In this document: piece by piece, positions 16,252-25,350 of the stretch
Position numbering within the stretch: the first letter of the stretch is position 1
How the letters are laid out: each line of letters opens with the position of its first letter
Virus record (IMG/VR): IMGVR_UViG_3300014050_000017
Coordinates: 1 to 64,000 of that record
Strand: one strand, 5' to 3'
DNA from: a virus
Length of the DNA: 64,000 bases
Notes under the pieces: model-generated
What the model was told of the DNA's origin: nothing
The model's database searches: none
Seen by the model: the letters and a program-made list of their open reading frames with translations, nothing else
Position numbers and translations under genes: made by a program

Positions 16252-16786
16252 TCTTCACAACCCTGAAGACTTCGCCGCCAGCGAAGAACACCTATGCAAA
16301 GAGGGTGCAACTATGTGTGATAAATGCCTAGATAAATATGGAATAGAGAAATAAAAAGAAGGAGAAAGAAATGGCACAGTGTAATTGGTGCGGAGATGCT
16401 TACGAGAGTAGCCTATGGACTAACCACCTATGTATTGAACCGAAGGAGAGCGACTATGAAGTGCGCTAAGTGCTTCATTGAATACGATAACGGCGAAGTT
16501 ATTGCCCCTATCGACGAAAGCGCTATTGACGAAGTTAGCGAGATAGGTCTAGGATTTTGCGTAATGTGCGTACCACCAGCAGGTACGCCAGCCCAAGTTT
16601 AAGGAAACCTATGAAAGAACACGTTAGGCACTACGGAAGCGGTAAAGCGCATACGTTGTGCGGAGAAAACTATCCTTTATATCTAAAACTATATAAACTT
16701 TCTGCCTTATTGGTAAAGTTAAATAAAGTGTGCGGAGAGTGTTACGCACGATTTATGATTAGAGAGTTAGGTTGCACCTGTAAATA

Positions 16787-17215
16787 ATGCAAACCTTCCT
16801 ACCATACGCAGACTTCACAGAGGTAGCACGCGTATTAGATTACAGACGCTTAGGTAAGCAACGCGTCGAAGCCTATCAAATAGTAAGAGTATTAGACGGA
16901 ACTCAACAAAGTAACGCATGGAGAAACCACCCTGCCGTACTCATGTGGAGAGATAATCTCGACGCCCTAAAGATGTACGGCACAGAGATATGCCTAGAGT
17001 GGATACGTCGCGGATATAACGATAATCTTATTAGCCACTTCCAACACAAACCCGCGCCCGACATGCCAGCGTGGCTAGGCGACGAGCGGATACATATATC
17101 GCACCAAGCAAACCTAGTGCGAAAATTGCCCGAGTATTATAGGATACACTTCCCAACAGTAGATGAAACCCTGCCGTACCATTGGCCTATCACAAAGGAG
17201 AACATACATGGCTAA
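16787..17215 (+). CDS. MSMEG_6728 / pyrimidine-dimer DNA glycosylase (T4 endonuclease V-like) family protein
   Basis: MQTFLPY...LDYRRLGKQRVEA, HPAVLMW, PAWLGD...HISHQANL...Y. Confidence 0.85.
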   Translation: MQTFLPYADFTEVARVLDYRRLGKQRVEAYQIVRVLDGTQQSNAWRNHPAVLMWRDNLDALKMYGTEICLEWIRRGYNDNLISHFQHKPAPDMPAWLGDERIHISHQANLVRKLPEYYRIHFPTVDETLPYHWPITKENIHG

Positions 17216-17513
17216 GAAAGTAGAGCGCACGTTTAAGGCAACACTTACCCGTAACACCGCAAAGGGCGGTGCGTGGAAAGTAAATTACACAATTACCGAA
17301 CTACGCCAAAATGGGTTAGGTAGTTATGACGACATTGAAATCGACAACATTACTACCGCATGGTCTAACGCCAGCGCAGGTAAGCGTTGGATTAAAGAGA
17401 GAGTCCAGCAGTTGACTCCACGCAAGAGCATTAAACTTGATATTACTTCCATCGACGAAAATGAGAAGCCAGTCAAGATTCAAGGCACTTTAATATATAA
17501 GCAGGAGAGTTAA
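17208..17513 (+). CDS. Hypothetical protein
   Basis: SD AAGGAG then MAKKVER. Confidence 0.7.
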   Translation: MAKKVERTFKATLTRNTAKGGAWKVNYTITELRQNGLGSYDDIEIDNITTAWSNASAGKRWIKERVQQLTPRKSIKLDITSIDENEKPVKIQGTLIYKQES

Positions 17514-17514
17514 A

Positions 17515-17619
17515 ATGAGTAACCCTATTATCCCTGAACCAGAGTGGGGTCGTCCTAGCCCTAGCATTAGTGACGACGACGTATTTGAATTTGAAGACGA
17601 CGATGAAGATGACGAGTAA
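17515..17619 (+). CDS. Acidic mini-protein (34 aa)
   Basis: SD AGGAG; MSNPIIPEPEWGRPSPSISDDDVFEFEDDDEDDE*. Confidence 0.55.
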   Translation: MSNPIIPEPEWGRPSPSISDDDVFEFEDDDEDDE

Positions 17620-17763
17620 ACTTAATTTAGAAGCCCTAGTTAAACTTTATAAGCGTAATAGCAAGATGAAGTGGGTAGCATGCCACCACTGCGGTCGCAT
17701 GTTTATCGTAGATAAGAGAAATATCAGGGTAGATACTAAATGTAGTTCATGCTAGGTTTTCAC

Positions 17764-17845
17764 AGGCGTCAAAGCGGGTTCACTTACCTCTCCCGCCAAG
17801 GCTATCCATGAAGCCAACCCCTTCGGCTGAGATAGACCTGCGCCT
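17764..17845 (+). ncRNA. Candidate small structured RNA with two pyrimidine-rich loops
   Basis: AGGCG/CGCCT closing stem; GCGGG/CCCGC; CTATC/GATAG plus AGCC/GGCT; lies just before the terminator. Confidence 0.4.
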
Positions 17846-17855
17846 TCATAACAAA

Positions 17856-17887
17856 GAAGCCCCCCTAGACGGCGCTAGGGGGGCTTC
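17856..17887. terminator. Bidirectional terminator between convergent blocks
   Basis: GAAGCCCCCCTAG-ACGGCG-CTAGGGGGGCTTC. Confidence 0.8.
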
Positions 17888-17896
17888 ATTATTTAA

Positions 17897-19921
17897 TTAT
17901 TTAATTGGTACTTCACAGTAATCATTAGAGCAGTATTTCTCACCGATTGCATCAGCGGCCATCCCTGCATAGACGTCAGTAAAGTCAATAGGAAGCAATT
18001 TAAATGTATATTTATCGTATTCTTCCTTAGTTATTTGCGTATATGGCATTTGCGGATAGGTCTCGTTCCCCATTGGCAAGAAAGAAACGGTTTTGAGCTG
18101 TCCGTCAAACATGTGCAACACAGTTCCTACGGCGTCCTTTTCAGTATTTGAATTAAATGATACAGTCACAGATACCGAATTGTCCGACCAATGTCGTTGA
18201 GCGGTAGAGGCAAGAGACATCTTTTCAAAGATAGATACATCTTTCTCCGAACGTAGAGCGCTAGATTCAATAGGGAAGAAGACCACACTTGTAGTTTTAG
18301 GTGACTCCGACGCCTTTTCTACTTTATAACCCGACGCTTTAAACAAAGGTAGCATTGGGTCATCATTAGAAAAGCGGATTGCACGAAGGAAGTGCTTCCC
18401 ACCAGGAGTCCAGTGAACCCCAGGAGATTCTCCAGCAAGGATAGACACAGTTCCGCTTGGTTTTACAGTAGTAGTCTTAATAGATTCGCGGATACCTAAC
18501 CACTCGGAGTAGGTGCGGTCGTAATCTTGGATAACCTTGTAACCAGCGTCCATCCACTCACGAAGCACAGGCAAACCTTCGCGGTCAGCAAAGTTAGCCA
18601 CACCAGACATAGAGGTTCCGATACGGCGGTTACGTTGCATAATCGCATTTGTTTCTTCCCAGTGGGTAGGAAGCAAAGTAACAGTCTTAGCGTATAGATA
18701 CGCAAACTTTAGAGTACGAAGGTAATCTTCTTTAGAGTCATGGCGGTTCAGGTAAGTCTCCACCAAGGTACAGCACTCAAAAGATTCCAGCGATTGCTCG
18801 GCGCATGGGTTGTAACCCGCGGCTCGCCAGTCCTTGTTGTTGGGCGGGTCTATGAGTCGACCATATTGACGAGTAACGTCCATCCAGATAACGCCAGGCT
18901 CACCATTGAGAGCAATACCCTCAACGATATGTTCTAAATTAGAGCCAACAGATACTTCAACAGAGTTATTAGACATCCATGCCCAACCAGGGTTGGCAGG
19001 GTCATAGGAGTTGCGTTCAGGATATACGGCAGAGTTCTTTAAATTTAAAAAGTCCTTGTCGTCCAGTCTGCCCATGAGCAGCTCAGCAGAGCGGCGGACG
19101 TTACCCGAGACCACACAGACACCTATTAAATTACCGATATCCGCAATATCCTTGCGAGTTAACTTTTGAGTAGCCCTACCTTTAAATATATTACGAATAT
19201 AGTCATGTAATTTAATCAGTGGGTCTGGGCCCGCGGCCGTGCCTCCGAAGGTCTTGATAGGAACACCAGCAGGACGGATAAGTGAGTAGTCAAATATAGG
19301 CGACTTCTTATCAGGCATTAGATAGGAGTTGATGAGAAGGCTGACAGATTCAACCCAGCCCTCGCGGGTATCTGGGATGACGATTGGGTCTGTATCTGGA
19401 TGAGGCTCATAAATAGTAAAATCCTTGTCCGCACCCTTGTCGTCAAAGCCAACACCTACGCCCAACATTGATGCTTCCATTAGAAAAGCAAATGGTTTAG
19501 CAGGGTCTAATTTAGACATGCTAGAAGTAGACACGAAAGCACAGTTCTGCAAGGCCGCGGAGTTCTTGAGCTCATTGACCAGTGGGGTGCCCATAACCCA
19601 TAGCCCACGTCCAGGTGGAGTCCACTTTAAATTAAACAGGCGGTCAAACGCTTCCTTAGCAGAAGCCTGGGCCCTGGAATCATTCCAAGGTAGTCGTTGG
19701 GATTTGCAGTGGTCTTTCTGTAGGGAGTACATGCCCTCGATAACTCGTTGGCAAACATCTACCCAAGTCTCTTTGGTTCCGTCCTCTTTCAAACGTGAGT
19801 AGGTGCGTAAGAAGGTAATCTCACCAACCGAATTACCGCCCGCATCTTTATACCCCCAAGGCACTTTCTTGCTCTTGTAGTCCTTTAGGAAGTCCTCGGT
19901 TAGTCTGAAAGATAGTGGCAC
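17897..19921 (-). CDS. nrdJ: Class II (adenosylcobalamin-dependent) ribonucleotide reductase
   Basis: PPGRGLW, ALQNC, NVRRSAE, NPCAEQ, TTVKPSGT, C-terminal CSNDYC; GTG start at 19921 after GGAG. Confidence 0.92.
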   Translation of the reverse strand: MPLSFRLTEDFLKDYKSKKVPWGYKDAGGNSVGEITFLRTYSRLKEDGTKETWVDVCQRVIEGMYSLQKDHCKSQRLPWNDSRAQASAKEAFDRLFNLKWTPPGRGLWVMGTPLVNELKNSAALQNCAFVSTSSMSKLDPAKPFAFLMEASMLGVGVGFDDKGADKDFTIYEPHPDTDPIVIPDTREGWVESVSLLINSYLMPDKKSPIFDYSLIRPAGVPIKTFGGTAAGPDPLIKLHDYIRNIFKGRATQKLTRKDIADIGNLIGVCVVSGNVRRSAELLMGRLDDKDFLNLKNSAVYPERNSYDPANPGWAWMSNNSVEVSVGSNLEHIVEGIALNGEPGVIWMDVTRQYGRLIDPPNNKDWRAAGYNPCAEQSLESFECCTLVETYLNRHDSKEDYLRTLKFAYLYAKTVTLLPTHWEETNAIMQRNRRIGTSMSGVANFADREGLPVLREWMDAGYKVIQDYDRTYSEWLGIRESIKTTTVKPSGTVSILAGESPGVHWTPGGKHFLRAIRFSNDDPMLPLFKASGYKVEKASESPKTTSVVFFPIESSALRSEKDVSIFEKMSLASTAQRHWSDNSVSVTVSFNSNTEKDAVGTVLHMFDGQLKTVSFLPMGNETYPQMPYTQITKEEYDKYTFKLLPIDFTDVYAGMAADAIGEKYCSNDYCEVPIK

Positions 19922-20030
19922 TTGCGTCTCCAATTCTGCGAAAGATGTTAAGTTTAGTCATGAATTACAGCCTACTTCAGACTGTATAAATATCGGTGTT
20001 GTGCATGGTTACTATGCTGATAATAAAGTG

Positions 20031-21476
20031 CTACTTTTCTTCTATAGATTTGCGTATCACCTCTGTAGTTTCTGCCTCATTGAGGCCGCCTTCAGGCAAT
20101 TCTTTTAGCACTTGAGCCCTGTCTCCAAAGATAGAACTCAGTACTCCTGCGGAACCCTGACGCTCTACGGTCATCCTAATAAACTCGCGTGAGTCGTCCA
20201 ATTCTTTGACGGTCTTGATTAATTTAAACAGTCTATCTATCTCTTGGGATACGTTCGGGTCTGCGTATCCACCGTTCATTTCTTCAGAAAAACGCATAAA
20301 AGCAACCCTTTGCCCCTGCATTTCTATGATTGCATTAATCAAAGACTTGAGTTGGTCTTTGCTCTTTACCTCGATTGGTAACTTAAACGCACACATAGAT
20401 TGAGGCTTAAAAGCAGGGCAGTTGGCGGCTACAAAGCAGGTATCACACTGACGAAGGGTGCTTGCTTGTGAGGTCACATGGGTGTTATCTGATATAACTC
20501 CATCGGCATCTACATCGGTCTTAACCTCGTATCCAAACACTGGAAGATTGCGTATTTCATCCGAATTACGCGGTTGAAGTTTCCGCATTTCTACACCCTT
20601 ATTATCAGCATCTAGGGGTGCGATTTCCGCATTTGAATCACCTGGTTCATCCTGATAATAAGACTCGCCCACCTTGTTTATCCTCTCTTCAAAACGTTCA
20701 TAAGACCAAACTGCCAAACGGCAAACTTCTCGGTTGTCGTCCTCTGCGATAAGGTCGGCATCAAGTCCAGCCTTCTCATAGATATGGTTGTACCTTGTCC
20801 TAGCCTGTTCCTTCATCCTCTTGGGATATCTAACAAGCCTAGTGCCATCCCAAACGATTGTCTCCCCATGGGTCATCGGGGATATCCATGAAAGGGTGTG
20901 GGCAGTTTCGGCTTGGATTGAACGAAGGTTATCTGGCTTGGCACATCCTAGCGCATGGAAGCGAGTTCCGTTGCGCTTGGTGGCGGTTCTGGTGGTGGAG
21001 GCTAGGCGGGTCTCTGACTCTATGGCGGCTCCTGGAATACCCACATCTAAATAATTATTTATAACCCTGTTGAGGTTATCTAAACCTAAATCTGGGTTCC
21101 AGACTGGTAGAAACTTGCCAGGCGGCACCTGGGCCCAAGCTGTCTTCCTCTGTTGGTCTACGAAGGCTGGGTCTACAAATCCATAATTAAGTTCGGCAAA
21201 TAAAGTTAATCTATCTATGTTGATGGCTACAAAATGCTCATAAGCTGCGGCGAACTCCTCCAGCTCCAGGCGTCCTAGCTTGGCATTCATGGGTAGGCCA
21301 GGGTATAGATAAATATAGGAATCCTTAGGGAAGTAGTTATCTAATAGATACTCTTTAGTTTTGGGCATACCTCTGCGTACCAAGCCATGGAAACTGACTC
21401 CTAAGTGGTTGGCAGTGGTGGTTTCTAACAGGGTTCGATTGCTGGGGATTTCGCATCCCATGTATACGATTTTCAC
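20031..21476 (-). CDS. Degenerate TGT/DpdA-like barrel fused to Cys4 domain and helical tail
   Basis: Motif order IYLYPG, FAELN, LPVWN, VGIPG, FHALG, TAHTLSW parallels phage TGT-like LDSG, NLD, PVFH, ALGG, HGFG, SVDSTSW; CDTC-x5-C-x8-C. Confidence 0.6.
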   Translation of the reverse strand: MKIVYMGCEIPSNRTLLETTTANHLGVSFHGLVRRGMPKTKEYLLDNYFPKDSYIYLYPGLPMNAKLGRLELEEFAAAYEHFVAINIDRLTLFAELNYGFVDPAFVDQQRKTAWAQVPPGKFLPVWNPDLGLDNLNRVINNYLDVGIPGAAIESETRLASTTRTATKRNGTRFHALGCAKPDNLRSIQAETAHTLSWISPMTHGETIVWDGTRLVRYPKRMKEQARTRYNHIYEKAGLDADLIAEDDNREVCRLAVWSYERFEERINKVGESYYQDEPGDSNAEIAPLDADNKGVEMRKLQPRNSDEIRNLPVFGYEVKTDVDADGVISDNTHVTSQASTLRQCDTCFVAANCPAFKPQSMCAFKLPIEVKSKDQLKSLINAIIEMQGQRVAFMRFSEEMNGGYADPNVSQEIDRLFKLIKTVKELDDSREFIRMTVERQGSAGVLSSIFGDRAQVLKELPEGGLNEAETTEVIRKSIEEK

Positions 21477-21946
21477 TATAAGCGCTCTCGTCGCTCGTCG
21501 TTATCGTATTCGTCCTGTTGTTTTATCAGTTCTTCTTGTATCTGCGCCCAAGGCTTGAATCCCCGTTTAAGGCTATCAGGTCTGAAATTCTCATTGGTAT
21601 AAATAGGGTGAAGGAACATGATTGCCGTTATGCCTCTGACCAGTAACTTAACGGCTAAGTCTGGGTCGGAAGTAACTACATACTCAACTGGCCCTTGTGA
21701 ACGAATCCACTCAACGTGTCGCAGTTTAGGGTCATCACCTGGGAACGGCACATCTTCTAGTGCAACTAGGTCATCAAAATTATTAATGCGTTGCTGACGT
21801 AGCCAATGGTCGGCTTTATCTTTGTCTTCACACAGAATAAGTACGCGGTGTTTTTCTTTAAGTGTTTTATAAAAAGATATGCCCTCTACGATAGGGTGCT
21901 TTTTATGGTTGCGTAAAACCTCATCCATAAATACAAGTATTGCCAC
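21476..21946 (-). CDS. HAD-fold-like protein
   Basis: ILVFMDEVL (degenerate DxD), HPIVEG, ADHWL, K, YVVTSDP. Confidence 0.55.
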   Translation of the reverse strand: MAILVFMDEVLRNHKKHPIVEGISFYKTLKEKHRVLILCEDKDKADHWLRQQRINNFDDLVALEDVPFPGDDPKLRHVEWIRSQGPVEYVVTSDPDLAVKLLVRGITAIMFLHPIYTNENFRPDSLKRGFKPWAQIQEELIKQQDEYDNDERRERL

Positions 21947-21958
21947 GACTTAATTCTC

Positions 21959-22894
21959 CTAATTACGTTTATTGGATAACGCTCTCCTGACAAGCGTATC
22001 GGCAGACGGTAGTTCTTGTCCATAGGTTGCTGCCTCAAATACCTGTTTGGATTGTTTTTCAATTTCTTTTAATGCTTTTAGTGCCTGTACAGTTCCAGCA
22101 GATTTACCTGCCTGCCAACGATAATTGTGAATATCTAAGTACCCTTGACCACTAGGACTAAATGCGTATTTACGTCCTTTATGTATATCTTCAAATAAAG
22201 CAGCGCCTTGTTCTACTGCAAGTTTTAATGCAGCTTCAGCATTACGTCTTGCAACATCTGTTGTTGCTGCACCTATATTAGATAGTGCTTCTGCATATCT
22301 TGATAAAATTTCAGTGGCCATTGACGTATCTTGTGCCACCTTTCTTTCATACATTTTATTAACAGGAACACCGCGAACCTCTGGCTTAACTGTCCAATCA
22401 TCGTTGGTCAAGTTATACGCTGCATAAGGTTTGATAGTCCTGATGTCGGACTGTACATTAACATAAAAAGTTAATTCGTAGGCGTCCATGAAGTTTGTAT
22501 TTTGACTATTTAATTCAGCACTAAACCCCTCATTTAAGGTTTGAGCAATTTGCTTATCGCTGAGCCCTTTTAGTTCTGGGTTTGCCTGACGAAACAGCAG
22601 GTAGTTGATACCAACCAAACAATCTAAATCAGCAGGCTTTCTGGCCGCTGACCACTGGTAGCTCACAGCTGACCCAGCTAGCCAGACCTGTACGTAGGCC
22701 TCTGGGTTGTTGTACTTTAGTTTTAAATGGGTAAATAGGATTCTTAATATAGATGCCCTGATAGACGGGATAACTTTCCCATTTCTAATAAGTCTAGGGT
22801 CCAACCCAGCTGATGGGGTTGAGAAGTAGGATGTCTCTGAAGGCTCTACTGACACTGGCCGTGCCTGTTGCGCCAGCGCTTTGTAGTAGTCCAT
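21959..22894 (-). CDS. Pol-beta superfamily nucleotidyltransferase
   Basis: VWLAGSAVSYQW...ADLDCLV; third acidic residue in YELTFYV. Confidence 0.8.
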   Translation of the reverse strand: MDYYKALAQQARPVSVEPSETSYFSTPSAGLDPRLIRNGKVIPSIRASILRILFTHLKLKYNNPEAYVQVWLAGSAVSYQWSAARKPADLDCLVGINYLLFRQANPELKGLSDKQIAQTLNEGFSAELNSQNTNFMDAYELTFYVNVQSDIRTIKPYAAYNLTNDDWTVKPEVRGVPVNKMYERKVAQDTSMATEILSRYAEALSNIGAATTDVARRNAEAALKLAVEQGAALFEDIHKGRKYAFSPSGQGYLDIHNYRWQAGKSAGTVQALKALKEIEKQSKQVFEAATYGQELPSADTLVRRALSNKRN

Positions 22895-22898
22895 TTAC

Positions 22899-23126
22899 CT
22901 ATTCTATATCTTTTTTGTTGCTTTCTTTGTACTTAACGTCGGTATCCCAGTCGATAACACGATGGTTCTCTGGTTTATCTTTCTTGATACCGCTCATGAA
23001 GCCGCACTCTGCATGCGCTGATACAAATTGATTAGCCCACATGATAACGAGGCCTTCATTTGAATCCTCATTTAAATCGGCTTGGAAACTTGCCTCGCAC
23101 TTGCATGTCATCTCGATGAATGCCAC
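22899..23126 (-). CDS. Small Cys/His protein
   Basis: GTG start after GAGGTGG; CKC...HAEC. Confidence 0.6.
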   Translation of the reverse strand: MAFIEMTCKCEASFQADLNEDSNEGLVIMWANQFVSAHAECGFMSGIKKDKPENHRVIDWDTDVKYKESNKKDIE

Positions 23127-23221
23127 GGTGCCACCTCTATCCCTAGTTCTGTACATACAGTATACTCCTGCTGTACGGTCTAATGTCTAGTGTACCGAGG
23201 CCAGTTTTGACCCAAATAGGG

Positions 23222-23785
23222 CTATTTGGTGTACAGCCCCTTGCTCTGGTTGTGTTTCATCATGTTGTAGGACTTGACGGGGCAGAAATCACACAGGTGC
23301 ATTTTAGGCATCTTGGAAGGGTCTAAGCCTGCCTCTCGGCGGTCTTTTGCTGTATCAGCCTTAAGAATCTTTTTATCAGTCTTGTAGTCTGAACACTGAC
23401 CTTGTGGACGGTTATGTTGTGCAAAACACTTCATTGCATCTGCGGAATAGTTGTCTTTGGTTTCGTAGAAGTTGGTACCAAATACATCTAGTCCAGGTGA
23501 GCCGCCCTTTTGGAACTGCTCAACAATCTGCTTTTTTCCGTCTGGATGTTGCCAAACAACAAGGTCTGCATCTGCAAGCATGCCGCGATGATTAGGGTGA
23601 CGCTCTACCATTGCATGTAGGAATGGGTTGCGGTTCTGGTCGTGACCAGGTTTATTATCAAAGGGGAAGCGGTCGTCGTAAGGGATTTCATCAACACTCT
23701 TGCAGTCGTAACAGGCAAGTAGTAATACCTTAGGACGGTCTTTAGGGTCCTCTTTGGGATTTAATTTAGAAAGGTCAAGTACCAT
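23222..23785 (-). CDS. Cys/His-rich hypothetical protein
   Basis: CYDC, CFAQH, C, CDFC; leaderless TAGTCT-6nt-ATG. Confidence 0.7.
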   Translation of the reverse strand: MVLDLSKLNPKEDPKDRPKVLLLACYDCKSVDEIPYDDRFPFDNKPGHDQNRNPFLHAMVERHPNHRGMLADADLVVWQHPDGKKQIVEQFQKGGSPGLDVFGTNFYETKDNYSADAMKCFAQHNRPQGQCSDYKTDKKILKADTAKDRREAGLDPSKMPKMHLCDFCPVKSYNMMKHNQSKGLYTK

Positions 23786-23804
23786 GTGGTAAGACTACCA
23801 CTAA

Positions 23805-24536
23805 TTAGGAGTATCTACTACCAAATGACGGTAAATCGTCATCCCCATCTTCAAGTAGGCGACGACGAGCCTCTGCTCTGCGAGCTTTATCTTCGGCTGC
23901 TCTGGCTTTTGCCTCTTCTTCAGCGCGTTTCTTTTCGGCTGCTCTATCCACAGTGGTGTTTGAGCCTGCAAACAAATCAGTCAAATCCTTCTTAACATTG
24001 GTTGGAGCAACGGGCTTTGTATATTTCTTAGTAGGCGCTGGCTCTGACGTAGTAGGGGCTGGCCTTGACGACGGTGCAGCCTTTTTGGTTGCAGGTTTTC
24101 TCTTTTTTACAGTTGTTGCCTGTGGTGTAAATGAAGGGTCTGGAGTATCAAAATCAATTAAACCACCTTCAGTGGTAGCCCCTATTGCCTTAAACTTAGC
24201 TTTATACGCCTCGCTTTCAGCAATCCTTTTTGGAACGCTTACTCCGCGTGAGCTAAGAACAAGGTCTCCATCATTTCCGTTGTTAACAAGCGTATCTAAC
24301 ATATTTTTATGAAGGGCATTGCGGCTATCAAATTTAAACCCAATATGCCCTTTAGTACTAGCAGGCTTAGACGTAAAAGGCGTAGTATCTACCCCTTGAT
24401 AACGTAAAGAATCTTGGTTTTCTTTTACTTTTTTATTAGTTACAGTATCAACCGTTGGTGTGGAATTAGCTGCCTCATTGAAAGCGTCCATGCGTTTTGC
24501 GTTTTCAACAATCTTGCCAATATCTTTTAGTCCCAT
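23805..24536 (-). CDS. Hypothetical low-complexity protein
   Basis: ORF track; SD AAGGA. Confidence 0.65.
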   Translation of the reverse strand: MGLKDIGKIVENAKRMDAFNEAANSTPTVDTVTNKKVKENQDSLRYQGVDTTPFTSKPASTKGHIGFKFDSRNALHKNMLDTLVNNGNDGDLVLSSRGVSVPKRIAESEAYKAKFKAIGATTEGGLIDFDTPDPSFTPQATTVKKRKPATKKAAPSSRPAPTTSEPAPTKKYTKPVAPTNVKKDLTDLFAGSNTTVDRAAEKKRAEEEAKARAAEDKARRAEARRRLLEDGDDDLPSFGSRYS

Positions 24537-24908
24537 TTATTTTCCTTTTGCAGGGTCGGTATTAATCTTAATAACCTCACGCGGTTTACCAGCGTTACGG
24601 CGTTCTTCACGTTCCATTGCATCTTTTGCAGTTGCGCCAGACTTTGCGCGGTTAGTAATAGCAGTGCTGGCCTCATTGTAATCTGCTGGTGACTGAATCC
24701 AACGATAGGTGCTACGACGTTCACCTGGTTCTTGTGGTCGTGTTCTTACGCCGTTCTTTGCTGGGCCAACAAAACCATGGACATAATTAAGGTCTCTGTG
24801 ACTTTCACCAGTCATGTCTACGCCTCTAAGCGCAGCGCTACTAGATAAATGCTTTTCTATCTGAGGCACACGAGCAGGGTCGTAGGCGCGGTCGTATGCG
24901 TCTGACAT
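24537..24908 (-). CDS. Hypothetical protein
   Basis: ORF track; coupled. Confidence 0.6.
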   Translation of the reverse strand: MSDAYDRAYDPARVPQIEKHLSSSAALRGVDMTGESHRDLNYVHGFVGPAKNGVRTRPQEPGERRSTYRWIQSPADYNEASTAITNRAKSGATAKDAMEREERRNAGKPREVIKINTDPAKGK

Positions 24909-25117
24909 TAATTACCCGCTGGGTTTACTTTGCTTGGTTCCTCTGAATTAATAAAACCGTAGTTCATATATGGGTGAAGACCTGCGCGGTTAGCCTGCAC
25001 AGTCTGGTCTCCCATACCTGGTTGAACAACAGTATTTGGACGGCGCTTGCGGTACTTGCCGTCTGTTGCGCCCTCTGTCATGTCGCCATTGAGGGAACGT
25101 GATTGATTAACTGCCAT
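24908..25117 (-). CDS. Hypothetical protein
   Basis: Start at MAVNQS via TAATG overlap. Confidence 0.6.
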   Translation of the reverse strand: MAVNQSRSLNGDMTEGATDGKYRKRRPNTVVQPGMGDQTVQANRAGLHPYMNYGFINSEEPSKVNPAGN

Positions 25118-25350
25118 TATGCCATCCGTCCTTTGACTAGTCTTGAGGCCTTGATACGGTTGCACTTAGGGCACACGCTTTGGTCTCGTAACGATTCTAC
25201 AGGGTTCATAGCCCCACCACATGCCTTACAGGAACGAGTACCGTTATAAAGGGTGTTTTTTAGCTCTTTCTGGGTAGAAAGGCTGACATCCTCTGCACCA
25301 ACCATACCTTCTCCTGTGCTATCTGTAAATAGTCCTGGGTCTTTGCTCAT
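25117..25350 (-). CDS. Zn-ribbon protein
   Basis: CKAC...CPKC. Confidence 0.6.
   Translation of the reverse strand: MSKDPGLFTDSTGEGMVGAEDVSLSTQKELKNTLYNGTRSCKACGGAMNPVESLRDQSVCPKCNRIKASRLVKGRMA

Noticed and set aside
19934-20030. Cobalamin riboswitch upstream of nrdJ
   Set aside because: The intergenic region is only about 100 nt, AT-rich, with no B12-box recognised.
23944-23952. One-mismatch DnaA boxes (also 55539 and 59246)
   Set aside because: Within CDSs, lack the TGAAC repeats, and are expected by chance.
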